Virus record (IMG/VR): IMGVR_UViG_3300037508_000909
Location: 1 to 61,633 of that record
Length of the DNA stretch: 61,633 bases
Source of the DNA: a virus
Taxonomy: Duplodnaviria > Caudoviricetes
Reading direction: 5' to 3' (one strand)
Part shown: positions 20,801 to 30,121 of the stretch, piece by piece
How the letters are laid out: the number at the start of each line of letters is the position of its first letter
Position numbering within the stretch: the first letter of the stretch is position 1
The notes under the pieces: generated by a model
Databases searched by the model: none
Seen by the model: only the letters and a program-made list of their open reading frames with translations
Told to the model about the DNA's origin: nothing
Translations under genes and position numbers: made by a program

Positions 20801-23023
20801 GGGAAAATAACTGCCGTCGATGTCATAACTCAGGGGACTGGGTACACTACCATTCCAGCCGTTGCAGTCAGTCCATCAACTGGAATGTTCGTTCAGTTCT
20901 CTTCAACCGGAACGCTTCCAAGTCCACTCATTCAAGGAGTCACATATCGCGCTGAAACCCCATTTGATTCCAGCGGAACCTTTACGGTAAAAAATATTGA
21001 CTTCAGCGATGTCAATATAACTTCTTCTGCAACAGGCGAATTTAACGTAGTCATATCGAGAACATTTGGCATTGGATTCACAAATAACTGGATAGGAGAC
21101 TTTTCTTGGGTTCGTCAAGGGATGACAACGTATTTTGACACTGACTACTCGTTCCCAAAAACGCTTGTAACTGACGCAAACACTTCGCCGGATGCAGGGC
21201 AAATAAACTCGTCAACTCAATTTTTCACAAGAAAGCTCTCTGATAGCAAGATAGCTGTCTATTCGTCACTTGCAGACGCAAACAATCCGCCAACAACCGT
21301 AAACACGTCAAATTCCTCAGTTGCGCCATCGGTTAGCAGCTTGCAGTTTTTGCTCAACGCCCAAACCTCACCGATTAAATTTAAAGTTGGTCAAGGAGTT
21401 TCTGTGCTTTCAGTAGGAAAGCCAGTTGGGTCTACGACGTTTATGAGTGGCTCTGTAGTTAGCTACACAGAGTCGGGAGGGACAAGAACGCTTGTTGTCA
21501 ATGTTACAAAAGTGTCCGGCGATACAACCACTTACAACAGTTGGCAAATCACGTCGGATTTTGCATACGGGTTGATTCGACCTCAAGACTTAGGGTACGG
21601 CCCGCTTTATTTTGCAGTGAAGGGGACGGCTCAAGCTGTTGTTTTTGGCGGAAACAGATTGACTCCAGAATCGATAAACTATCTCGCTCAAGACCAGATA
21701 GTTAAATTTAGGGCTGGCTCCGGCTCACAACTTCCGGCGGGCATTTCTCCAACGCTGAATTATAAAATCAAAATCAACGAAAACGACGTTGATGTATACA
21801 CAACTCAAGGCTCTCCTGTTCAAATAACTGGCTTTCAACTTGGAGTGATGGAAATGGTTATTGCTGAAACCTTTTCCATCGCTCCAACTGAACTAATTGA
21901 GTGCGAGGACTATCTCTTCTCGGATGGAAGCGGAGTGGCACTCACACCACTGGATTCAACGTATGAGCTTCCATATACTCCATCCCCAGAATCGAATTAC
22001 AGGCTTTCACGGGCTGGCAAAAACCAATTTAAACTGAAGCGTTCATCGATATCTTCGCTTGCAATTATTTACGGAGGCACAGGTTACACGTCAAACCCAT
22101 CAGTCAACATTGTCAGCGAAATGGGTTCAGGGGCGACAGCACTAGCGACCGTGAGCGGCCCAATAAACAGAATCGACATTACCAATGGTGGGCAAAATTA
22201 TAGCGGAATAATTCCACCGATAGTAACAATTACTGGCGGAAGCGGCACAGGTGCAACTGCAACAGCAGAAGTTTACGCTGGTGCAGTCACGGGTATTACC
22301 ATCACCTCCGGAGGTTCCGGATACACGCTCCCGCTGACGGTTACCATTACGCCAGCGTCGGGTCAATCTGGGTCTGGAGCCACAGCAGTGGCTTTTTTAA
22401 ACGGCTCTGTGACTTCACTGACGTTGACGAATTCCGGCTCTGGATATGTACAAGAGCCGACCATCGTGTTCTCTGGCGGAGGAGGCGTTGGCGCGGCTGC
22501 TAGAGCCGATTTTGGCGGGTTCTTAAAATGGTTTTCAACAGGAACAAGTCCAGACCTTGACTTTTTTGTTTCGAGTCAAGAAAAACCAATTCTTGTCAAA
22601 AATATCGAGCACATCGAAAAGCCGAAAACGTCCGGATTCATTTCGTTGTACGCGGCAGACTTCGGCAGGTCGAATGACCTAACGCTCATCGGTCAATATC
22701 ATCCGACCGAAACCAACCCGAAGTATCGACGCATCCGGCTTGGCAAAAAGTGCGCTTGGGCGCGAATCCTTTACCAGCCGAAAGCACCAAGGTTCGAGTC
22801 TCCGCTTGATTACATTCCGGTCGAAAATGCTCGCGCAGTCATTGCCGCTGTTCATGCGGTAGACCTTGAGGATAAGGACTTTCTCGACCAAGCGCAACGC
22901 TACTGGCAGTTGGCGACGACGTATCTTCGAGCGCAAAGCGAAAGCCTCGATGGTCACGCAATGCAAACGCCTCAAATTAACAACATTACGTTTGGCGACG
23001 GGACTGACCCTGTCATGTTCTAA
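17879..23023 (+). CDS. Large virion protein, probably a head-tail adaptor/tail tubular protein with a long repeat insertion
   Basis: 1714 aa; about 10 GGSGY-type beta repeats between non-repetitive termini; precedes nozzle-like gene. Confidence 0.65.
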   Translation: MFVSEIYDEISEILATTDSNRIYRKLSQAVQGLMDSGHYHHLISQVDVCTGWDGMSVTLPRGIEVPLAVNTDGSPLYFRSRLFQYHINKGGMYSPVSWAWDDRGFVPVVMDILQPSQLIAIAEHESDVGVRLRVIGYDGNNRALRTQTEAGEGVDGLYVTAHAISDFPLGLIQPDSVNILLRSAKTKPLYEFTAQSGSHNFVAGTLAKITFVTTTPKPLSNNGNYYIGTPSASTVTLHQSQLDAENGINGIQITDLRNNLNANVLGDFENTRSVQVSTALYLPAATAFGSIFPKIQTGTEVRFEKISNLELPAPLATETVYFARILDDAYNIVVYKTSSDASNDINRILLSGSKNNSTIVVRNPIAPETTLEFTLDAPFSTGDLVQAYSAGGSLPEPLLSGQNYYARRIDGKNVTLHESYEASLSGEKPIVFTTTGSGQNSVAKLIPAQSSAGKVSNISASGISINPATGQGAEITAVVTGPVTFASIVSGGGGYTNVPAVKFDDIGGIGYTGAPIVQIESPNDPTGTQATAEAVMKTDPATGLQYVGFVKVTNGGTKYSATSLPTVKFIGNATFHARARAVVQGQSVTRIDLYGYGTGAAAIASVNTVLESRPVNAITLTSGGSGYRYTPRIEIEQSASPRYIFAASPTAGGNILNFRAVLRESSANVELIASSISYVSSETTSSLAQKVVNAINNNTVTSGFTAQTVSFGPYSGVSVSNVSGKVIQTFDVVYSNATTAPKAANVGCVAEMPITIQAPPSVDSIKVTGNIGSGGVVSGINTTPEGFNVSKLKVGMGVSGTGIAANATISAINSPNFTITPAPTAGTNIEITISLGIISSLLASGNTTDLLGNVNLYFKASDSTNVLATLISAGITAFSASTGYYASATDNKIFILNAQNAPITSLVLTASPALTYDTIFPSSFAYAKCSITTNFISEYEITNAGSGYTNAPALLVAGTTGSGASASAVVDSATGKITAVDVITQGTGYTTIPAVAVSPSTGMFVQFSSTGTLPSPLIQGVTYRAETPFDSSGTFTVKNIDFSDVNITSSATGEFNVVISRTFGIGFTNNWIGDFSWVRQGMTTYFDTDYSFPKTLVTDANTSPDAGQINSSTQFFTRKLSDSKIAVYSSLADANNPPTTVNTSNSSVAPSVSSLQFLLNAQTSPIKFKVGQGVSVLSVGKPVGSTTFMSGSVVSYTESGGTRTLVVNVTKVSGDTTTYNSWQITSDFAYGLIRPQDLGYGPLYFAVKGTAQAVVFGGNRLTPESINYLAQDQIVKFRAGSGSQLPAGISPTLNYKIKINENDVDVYTTQGSPVQITGFQLGVMEMVIAETFSIAPTELIECEDYLFSDGSGVALTPLDSTYELPYTPSPESNYRLSRAGKNQFKLKRSSISSLAIIYGGTGYTSNPSVNIVSEMGSGATALATVSGPINRIDITNGGQNYSGIIPPIVTITGGSGTGATATAEVYAGAVTGITITSGGSGYTLPLTVTITPASGQSGSGATAVAFLNGSVTSLTLTNSGSGYVQEPTIVFSGGGGVGAAARADFGGFLKWFSTGTSPDLDFFVSSQEKPILVKNIEHIEKPKTSGFISLYAADFGRSNDLTLIGQYHPTETNPKYRRIRLGKKCAWARILYQPKAPRFESPLDYIPVENARAVIAAVHAVDLEDKDFLDQAQRYWQLATTYLRAQSESLDGHAMQTPQINNITFGDGTDPVMF

Positions 23024-25146
23024 TGAAGAGTCCGCAAATCACTTCGGGGCGCGTTCAGAAAGCCAGCGCGGGCTGGATTCATGGAGTCAACTCCGTTCGC
23101 AACCCGTGGGCCTTACCGGAAGACCAAATCAAGTGGGCGCAGAACTGCACCATTCGTGGTGGCATAGGTCAGACGCGCAATGGATTCCGGATGAAGCTCT
23201 CGTTGCCCAAAGGGAATTTTCAAGGCGGAATTGTTTTTTCTGCGAACAAGCAGAACGAGGCTGCGACAACGATTGAAACGGCTGAAGGGCAACTGATTTT
23301 CAAGCCTCAAAGCATTTTCACGCCCAGCGGCGAATCTTCACAAGAGTATGAAATACCGTATCTTGTGTTTGCTGTTGATGGCATAGTTTACTACGCGCCA
23401 TTCCCTTTGACGCAACCAGCCGATTGGGCGGAGTACAGGTTGACTAATATTCGGCTCAACGCCGACGTAAAAAAAGTCAACTTTGTCATCGCGACGCAAT
23501 CCGCAATCGTTTCGAGCGGGGACGTAACCGTTACCCCATCGCATCGGCTGGTTATTGTGCAGGATGGCGTTTCGCAGCCGTGCTACTGGGACGGCTCGAA
23601 TAAAACAGGCAACGTCGCAACCAAAATGCCCGTTGGGTACTGGATGGCTTATTCGGGAAGTCGCCTCTGGCTTGCAAGCGGCAACATCATCTCAGCAAGC
23701 GATTTAGGCGACCCGCTTTCGTGGGAGGAGCGTAAGTCTGGCACGGGTCGCGGGGATTTCTCCGTCCCGCGTCCGGTCACTGCAATGGTTGATTACATCG
23801 GCCAAAACACCGAGTCTCGACTCTATGTGTTCACCGACCGAGCGACCTATTCGCTCGCATCCGGAATTCTCGACAGAACGCTTTGGCCTCAAACGGCAAA
23901 CTTCCAAACGACTCTGTATCCGAACATTGGATGCGTCGCTGGAAAGTCAATTGCATTTCAAGCCGGAATGATGTGGTGGTTCTCGCAAGGCGGACTTGTT
24001 TCTGTCGATGTTGCTGCCGCTTCATACCTCTCATCGCAAGTACTTTACAAAGACATCGAAATGGCGAAAGCCAAGCGATTGATGGCTCCAGACTTGTCGG
24101 GCATTTGTTGCGCTGCCTTTGAAAACTACCTGCTAACCTCGATTCCCTATGCCGAGCCGCTGAACTCTGCGACGATGGTTTTGGACTACGCGGCAGCGTC
24201 TGAATGGAACCAGAGCCGCTCGCCCGCGTGGGCTGGCGTTTGGACGGGGATTCGTCCGATTGAGTGGCTCAACGCTTACATCGGCAACGAGCCAAAGTTG
24301 TTTGCGCTGTCGGTCGATTACGCTCCCACGGGAGACCAGTCGTTCAATCACGTTTGGGAGGCTTTCCGTCCGGAGCGGTACGATACGTTTTTGGAAATTC
24401 GGCCAAGCGGAACAGTCGCAGAGCGTCAACAGCGGATTTACTGTCAGGTCGAAACCGCACTCATGGGCGACGGGATGGATTTGAAGCAACTCGTTTACGG
24501 AGAGGTAGATTGCTCTCAGATTTCCGGAACTGTTGACGTAAAAATCTCATACAGAGGCACAAAGGGGGCATACAACGAAATCCTGACCCAGCGCATCTTG
24601 GCTGCAACAAATGTCGCCGAGTACAAAAACTCACCGGACTACGCCAAAGTCAAAGACTTCGGGCTTTTGCAAACGCAGAGCCGTCGATTGATAACGCGAA
24701 ACATCGAAGGCGACGCACGCATAACTTCTTGTGAATCAAAGGATACGCAAAACGTGGACAAGGCGTTTTCCTACCTGATTGAATGGTGTGGTGCGCTCGG
24801 AGTTGAAGGTGTGCGAATGTTCCAAGACCCGTGGGCCGAACGCTCGGTCGGAGGCACAAAAATCATTGAAACCAAGTACTGCGTTGTCGGCGAGAATGGG
24901 CAGAGTGCGCTCATCGACATTCCAACCGCAACTCAAGCTCCGATTGCGCGACAGTGGCTTTCTTCGCAAACCAGAACCTACACGGATGTTTGCCCGAATG
25001 GCGGGCCAAAAATAACTGTAACAGCAACAGCCTCTGCGACTTCTATTGTTTCGCAAGCTGATGCAGACCAGATTGCCAGCGACAAAGCGATACGCGAAGC
25101 GACGGTTGCCGCGAAACAACAACGTCTCTCACGTCCTTGCCCGTAA
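23023..25146 (+). CDS. Tail nozzle / tubular protein B-like (predicted beta-propeller)
   Basis: 707 aa, beta-rich (MAYSGSRLWLA..ISASD, LYVFT); position typical of podovirus tails. Confidence 0.65.
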   Translation: MKSPQITSGRVQKASAGWIHGVNSVRNPWALPEDQIKWAQNCTIRGGIGQTRNGFRMKLSLPKGNFQGGIVFSANKQNEAATTIETAEGQLIFKPQSIFTPSGESSQEYEIPYLVFAVDGIVYYAPFPLTQPADWAEYRLTNIRLNADVKKVNFVIATQSAIVSSGDVTVTPSHRLVIVQDGVSQPCYWDGSNKTGNVATKMPVGYWMAYSGSRLWLASGNIISASDLGDPLSWEERKSGTGRGDFSVPRPVTAMVDYIGQNTESRLYVFTDRATYSLASGILDRTLWPQTANFQTTLYPNIGCVAGKSIAFQAGMMWWFSQGGLVSVDVAAASYLSSQVLYKDIEMAKAKRLMAPDLSGICCAAFENYLLTSIPYAEPLNSATMVLDYAAASEWNQSRSPAWAGVWTGIRPIEWLNAYIGNEPKLFALSVDYAPTGDQSFNHVWEAFRPERYDTFLEIRPSGTVAERQQRIYCQVETALMGDGMDLKQLVYGEVDCSQISGTVDVKISYRGTKGAYNEILTQRILAATNVAEYKNSPDYAKVKDFGLLQTQSRRLITRNIEGDARITSCESKDTQNVDKAFSYLIEWCGALGVEGVRMFQDPWAERSVGGTKIIETKYCVVGENGQSALIDIPTATQAPIARQWLSSQTRTYTDVCPNGGPKITVTATASATSIVSQADADQIASDKAIREATVAAKQQRLSRPCP

Positions 25147-25147
25147 T

Positions 25148-25390
25148 ATGCCATCAATCGACGACGCAACAAAAAAAATCGAGTCATACCCAAACTTGTT
25201 TATATCACCGTTTGGAAACGATGGCTCGATTCAACTGTATTCGTCGATTCCTTTTGGTAATCAAAACAACACAGAATGCTTGCCTTGTGTTGTTTGCGGG
25301 ACATCCGAGAACCGATTCGCAGAAATAAATGATGCTGCACTCGAAGCTGCATCGACAGACAAAAATGGCGTGGTTATAACCTTCTCCTAA
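25148..25390 (+). CDS. Hypothetical protein (CLPCVVC)
   Basis: ATG 2 nt after the previous stop; TAATG coupling downstream. Confidence 0.6.
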   Translation: MPSIDDATKKIESYPNLFISPFGNDGSIQLYSSIPFGNQNNTECLPCVVCGTSENRFAEINDAALEAASTDKNGVVITFS

Positions 25391-25776
25391 TGCGAGAAAA
25401 CATCACATACCGCTTGACTCCGGCAGGGACTCAGCAATTTGCTGAGTTGCAAGCATTTGCGGAGTCTTTTGGTCACAAAATACATCCGCATCCGAACATC
25501 TCGACGTTTGCTCATTATCGCGGGCAGCGACTGTTTGGATACAGCGACCACGTCTTCATGCCGACGTGCTATCCAGCTTGGCATCCGGAGTTTACGAAGC
25601 CGCGAGACATCATTGACGTGATGGCGCACTGGAAAGCTCACTGCGAGTTGTCTGGCAAAATGGGATGCCTTGCCGTGCCGCTCGACAACGATGATGGCAA
25701 AGGAAACTTCAGCGAAGAGGTAATGCAAACAATTGGTTTGCAGAGATTAAAACGAGAACTTTACTTGCCGATTTAA
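25390..25776 (+). CDS. Hypothetical protein, possibly GNAT-like virion assembly protein
   Basis: 128 aa between tail and internal-protein genes, where podoviruses often carry an acetyltransferase-fold gene. Confidence 0.55.
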   Translation: MRENITYRLTPAGTQQFAELQAFAESFGHKIHPHPNISTFAHYRGQRLFGYSDHVFMPTCYPAWHPEFTKPRDIIDVMAHWKAHCELSGKMGCLAVPLDNDDGKGNFSEEVMQTIGLQRLKRELYLPI

Positions 25777-25777
25777 T

Positions 25778-26806
25778 ATGGGTGGCTCACCAGCAACGAT
25801 TCCAGCAAAACCGGATTTCTCAGTTGATGCTTTAAAAGTTCAGCTTGAAGGAGAGCAGGGTCGTTCCCGTTTGGCTCAAGAGATGAAGCAGCTTGGGTAT
25901 GCTGCAAACGCCCCTCTGGAGAATTTTACACCGGATGTTTGGGGGCCGGATGGCTTGCAAACACAGGCAGCGCAAATTGCTGCAATCAATGCATTTAAAT
26001 CCAAGAAAAACGAGCAAGAAGCAAATCCGGCTGCGGCAGCGATTCGGGAGCGGCTTCCGAAAATGATTGAGGAGGACTTGTCTGAGGACGCATGGAAAAA
26101 GAGAATGCAGTCGTGGGCGAAAGATGCTGGCATCACGCTCGGCGTTAAAACAGGTCTGGGAGATAGCACTGTCGCCCGCAGCGCACTGTTCGATGCAGCG
26201 ACTGAGGAAGGTGACCGTATTCGCAAAGAGCGTAAAGCAGAAGCCGCGCAGTTTCTCGCTTCAAATCCCCTTCAAAATGTTGGTCTCGACGCAGGGTCAC
26301 TTTTAAGCGCAAACCAATCGGCATTGCAAAATGCCATGACGCAGCGGAATAGCTTTCGCGATGCAATGTTTGGCAGAGTCGGACAGGCCAATCAAGCGAC
26401 CAGTGACTGGCTGAACAAAATGGGAGACACAATGTCACGCGCATCAGATTCTTACAAGCAAAGCTGGGACAACTACGCGCAAGGTATGGCGAAAGCGGCA
26501 GAGCAAAAAGCTGCCGCACGCAGCAAAATGATAGGAACAGTGGCTCAAATCGGCGGGACTGCGCTTGGCTCAATGGTGGGGATGCCGATGCTTGGTTCCG
26601 TCGTCGGAGGGCTTGTTGGGGCTGCTGCTGGAGGCAGTGGCACTGGCGGAGCAGAGCTTATGAATGCGATGGGCGCAACTCGCGGAGGAGGCGGCGGAGA
26701 AGGCGGAGGAGGCGGAAGATACGGTGGACTCGCGGATGATTTTTCTTCGTTAAAACAAAAATTCAGCGGTGAAAAACCGTGGTTTCCTTGGAGCCAAAAA
26801 TCTTAA
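25778..26806 (+). CDS. Internal virion (ejection) protein
   Basis: Ala/Gln helical, with a Gly-rich hydrophobic C-terminal segment. Confidence 0.6.
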   Translation: MGGSPATIPAKPDFSVDALKVQLEGEQGRSRLAQEMKQLGYAANAPLENFTPDVWGPDGLQTQAAQIAAINAFKSKKNEQEANPAAAAIRERLPKMIEEDLSEDAWKKRMQSWAKDAGITLGVKTGLGDSTVARSALFDAATEEGDRIRKERKAEAAQFLASNPLQNVGLDAGSLLSANQSALQNAMTQRNSFRDAMFGRVGQANQATSDWLNKMGDTMSRASDSYKQSWDNYAQGMAKAAEQKAAARSKMIGTVAQIGGTALGSMVGMPMLGSVVGGLVGAAAGGSGTGGAELMNAMGATRGGGGGEGGGGGRYGGLADDFSSLKQKFSGEKPWFPWSQKS

Positions 26807-26818
26807 CAACAACAACAT

Positions 26819-27244
26819 ATGGGTTCATCATCGTTCCAAATGCCAGCACCGGATTACACGCCGATTACCAAGATGTACGAGCAACAGGCGCAGTTGCAGC
26901 GTGAAGCCGCTGCAAAGGCGGACGCAGCGCAAAAGAAGGCAATGGTGGACGCGCAGGATAACGCTGCTCAACAGGCTCAAACGCAAGCAAATTACGCCGC
27001 CCAACAAGCCCTTGGTCGTCAAGCGGCAGCGCAGGAGGCAAAAGACGCTGCTGCGAAAGAAACGATGAACAAAAGCATGGCGGGCATGGGTTCTGCAATC
27101 GCTGGCTCAGGCTACGACCCAGCCAAGATGGAAGAGGCATTAAAGGTCGCACAACCATTTGCTCTTCCAGCGGTTGCTGATTTGATTGCGAGGCAAAACG
27201 AGCCTCAAAAAGAACGTAAACTCCTCAACCAACTCACTGCGTAA
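26819..27244 (+). CDS. Small Ala/Gln-rich internal virion protein
   Basis: MGSS start, coiled coil, operon position. Confidence 0.6.
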   Translation: MGSSSFQMPAPDYTPITKMYEQQAQLQREAAAKADAAQKKAMVDAQDNAAQQAQTQANYAAQQALGRQAAAQEAKDAAAKETMNKSMAGMGSAIAGSGYDPAKMEEALKVAQPFALPAVADLIARQNEPQKERKLLNQLTA

Positions 27245-27693
27245 TGGGAGGCTCAAGACCAGATATGTCTGCGGCAAAAGCTGCTGCAAAAGCTGCTTCG
27301 GAAGAAGCGCAACGAGGTTTTCGTGCCAGCCAACAACAGGCATCGTATGACGCTGCTTTGAGGCGTGCTCAAAATAAACGGGCGGAAGCAGAACAGCAAA
27401 TGACTGCTCCGCTGCAAATGATTCAACCACCGCAGCCAATGCAGCCTCCGGCTCCAACGCAGCCAGCGCAAGCACCTCAATCGCAATCGGCTCAAGTTCG
27501 GTCTGCTGCAAATCCAATGCCTCAAGGAGCTTACGGTTCAGCCCAGCAAGCGAAGATGGCTGCGCTCGGCACTGGGGCGGGAGCAGCGGCCATGAGTCCG
27601 GTCAACACTGCAAGGCCAGCAATGGCAATGGCACCACAGTTGAATTCATTTAACGCGCCAGAAGTAAACAATTTAAAATTCGGAGGAGCATAA
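27244..27693 (+). CDS. Small internal virion protein (paralog of next gene)
   Basis: QQAKMAALGTGAGAA...LNSFNAP..NLKFGGA. Confidence 0.6.
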   Translation: MGGSRPDMSAAKAAAKAASEEAQRGFRASQQQASYDAALRRAQNKRAEAEQQMTAPLQMIQPPQPMQPPAPTQPAQAPQSQSAQVRSAANPMPQGAYGSAQQAKMAALGTGAGAAAMSPVNTARPAMAMAPQLNSFNAPEVNNLKFGGA

Positions 27694-27694
27694 T

Positions 27695-28174
27695 ATGAGT
27701 TGGGTAGGTGACGCACTTGGAAGAAATAAAGGCAAAAAGCAAGCAGCAAAAGCAAAAGCTGCATTAGCTGCTGCAACAAAGAAGTTTACAGAAGAAGCGG
27801 CTGCGATGAAGAAGCAGACCGACCAAATCCAAAGCTATGCGTATCAGAAAGATGCATTAGCTCGTCGCGAGCAGAAGAAAGCACAGGCCGATGCAGAAGC
27901 GCAGCGAGTTGCCAGCGAGATGTCAAAGGCTGCATCTCCGGCTCAGGCTATTCAACGCGAAAACGAGGAGGCCGCGTCTGTTAATACACCGACTCCAAAT
28001 GTTGCTCCGCCCGCTGAAACCCCGCAACAGGCAAAAATCGCTGCACTTGGCGGAGGTGCTGGCGCGGCATCGGCTCCGGCTATTATGGCAAAAAAAGAAG
28101 AGGCGAAGCCCGCGCCGACTCTGAACGCCTTCACAATGCCATCCACCAAAAACGTACAATTCGGAGGCTCTTAA
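27695..28174 (+). CDS. Small internal virion protein (paralog of previous gene)
   Basis: QQAKIAALGGGAGAA...LNAFTMP..NVQFGGS. Confidence 0.6.
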   Translation: MSWVGDALGRNKGKKQAAKAKAALAAATKKFTEEAAAMKKQTDQIQSYAYQKDALARREQKKAQADAEAQRVASEMSKAASPAQAIQRENEEAASVNTPTPNVAPPAETPQQAKIAALGGGAGAASAPAIMAKKEEAKPAPTLNAFTMPSTKNVQFGGS

Positions 28175-28175
28175 T

Positions 28176-30119
28176 ATGTTGCAAGGCGTTGCTGCTCCTC
28201 AAATTGCGATAGTCACAACTCCAGTTCTATCCGCTCGCCCACAATTCAATTTTGGGCAGAGCAGTTTAGTTTTCACGCCGACCAAGGCTTACGAGTCGAG
28301 CAACAAGCAGCCCGACAATGACCTTGGCGACCTCGCAAAGGCTTTGAGGCAACAACAAAAGGACGAGCAGGAGCGCAAGCAGCAAGAGTATCGCGACGCG
28401 CAGCTAAAACTCGCGGAGAAGAAGCAGGATGAGTCGGAACGCCACAACCGCATGATGGAGCGCATTCGGGCCGCTTCCGATGGCATTGAGGACGTTGGCG
28501 GGGGCAGGGAGTTTGGCGAGGCGAACGATACTGAAGCGATGAGGGCTTTGGGTGTCGATAAGGAGCTTCCACCACTCAGCTTAAGAGACACTGCATTCGA
28601 GTTAGGCGATGTTCCAGTTAAGGCCGAAAGCGCGTCTCCCGAACAAAAAAAGCAAAGCACAAATGCTGAGATTTTAAGCAGCAACGCACCTATTAGCTCG
28701 ATTTCACCAAATGCCAGCCAAGAACCGTCGTATCTAGCTGACGTGGAGCTTGGTTGGCCGGAGGATGTTGGCGAACCACAGTATGAGCCTGAAAAGGACA
28801 AGCCAGCACTTGCTGGCCCCCCTAGCCTAGGGCAAGCCTTAATAAAGGCTCCAATTCAAGAATCAAAAGCAACAGTTGGCAATCAAGCCTTAACGCTTCA
28901 AAAGAGCGCAACGCCAAAAACTCAAAACGCAAGTCCGTTCGGCGATGTAAAACTTGAGCTTGGTGGCCCCTTAAATCAAGTATCAGCGACATTCGCAGAT
29001 ACTCAGAAAAAAGATGCGCCAAATGAAAGTGTCGCTCCTCTCCCAAGCAATGCTACTGATGAAGCTAGAATCGGTAAAGCATTGCCAACCATTGCTTTAA
29101 AAGCGGGAGAGGTTCCGTACAGCAGATTCAAAAACTACGAGGTAGCGAAGCAGTATTTAGAGGCAGTCAAGCGCGGAACGCCTGAAGTGACAGCAATGAC
29201 ACCAAAGGCAACAAGAGACTCAAAGGGGAGAGTCATCGGGTATGAAATTGAATGGAAGAGCAATGAGGAAGCCCTAAGAAAACAAGAAGAAAAACTCGCT
29301 GACGCACTGGCGAAAAAGGAAAAATTGACAGCAGACCAAGCAGCAGCAAGGTCAAAGCTCTTGCTGTCCGAGGGGCGAGCGGTTAACGCTCAAGACTCCA
29401 TTCGGAACTACACAAAGCCCAACGGATTTCGAGAAGCCGTTCAGCGATTCATCCCTGCCTATAACAACGCGACTGAAGCCGACAAGAAAAAACTCGCAAA
29501 CGTAGGTCTTTCAGATATCGATTTGATTGACAACTACGCACGGGCAATGGGTGGTGGAAAGATAACTGAAGGTCAAGCGCATTTAATATCTCAGGCGAAG
29601 ACGCTTAAAGAAAAAATGCAGGTTCTTTACGGACAGAATTTTGGAAAGGGCGAGCAACTTTCTCAAGCGCAAAGAGATACGATGCTTGAAAATATGCTTG
29701 AGGCGCATAACTCGCAAGCCCGCAACGCAAACAATATTTTAAAGCGTGTCAGGGAGCGACTGATAGTTAATGGCGTTAAGGATGAACTTTTCTTGCCCGA
29801 AACGTATACAGACAACTTAATCACAAAAACCAAAGCGCGGTCTGAACTCACTCGGCTGAAAGATGCCGTAAAAAGTTTAAGGATGGATGCAGAAAAAGTT
29901 GCTGGCAACAAGCTATTGTCTCAAGAGGAAAGAAACAAGAAGATAGTAAAAATTGGGAAAATGTTTGAGAAGTATAAATCAGAAATTGACCACTTGAGTG
30001 AAAGGCTTGATGACGAAGAATATAGCGGAACTGAGATTTTAGGTCTTGAGGATTTTGAAAAAGCCAAAGGCGGGTTTATTGCTGGAGATAGAATGGTCGC
30101 TGAAGCAGAAAAAGAGTAA
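28176..30119 (+). CDS. Internal virion protein (probable)
   Basis: 647 aa, charged and helical; precedes the giant protein. Confidence 0.6.
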   Translation: MLQGVAAPQIAIVTTPVLSARPQFNFGQSSLVFTPTKAYESSNKQPDNDLGDLAKALRQQQKDEQERKQQEYRDAQLKLAEKKQDESERHNRMMERIRAASDGIEDVGGGREFGEANDTEAMRALGVDKELPPLSLRDTAFELGDVPVKAESASPEQKKQSTNAEILSSNAPISSISPNASQEPSYLADVELGWPEDVGEPQYEPEKDKPALAGPPSLGQALIKAPIQESKATVGNQALTLQKSATPKTQNASPFGDVKLELGGPLNQVSATFADTQKKDAPNESVAPLPSNATDEARIGKALPTIALKAGEVPYSRFKNYEVAKQYLEAVKRGTPEVTAMTPKATRDSKGRVIGYEIEWKSNEEALRKQEEKLADALAKKEKLTADQAAARSKLLLSEGRAVNAQDSIRNYTKPNGFREAVQRFIPAYNNATEADKKKLANVGLSDIDLIDNYARAMGGGKITEGQAHLISQAKTLKEKMQVLYGQNFGKGEQLSQAQRDTMLENMLEAHNSQARNANNILKRVRERLIVNGVKDELFLPETYTDNLITKTKARSELTRLKDAVKSLRMDAEKVAGNKLLSQEERNKKIVKIGKMFEKYKSEIDHLSERLDDEEYSGTEILGLEDFEKAKGGFIAGDRMVAEAEKE

Positions 30120-30121
30120 AT

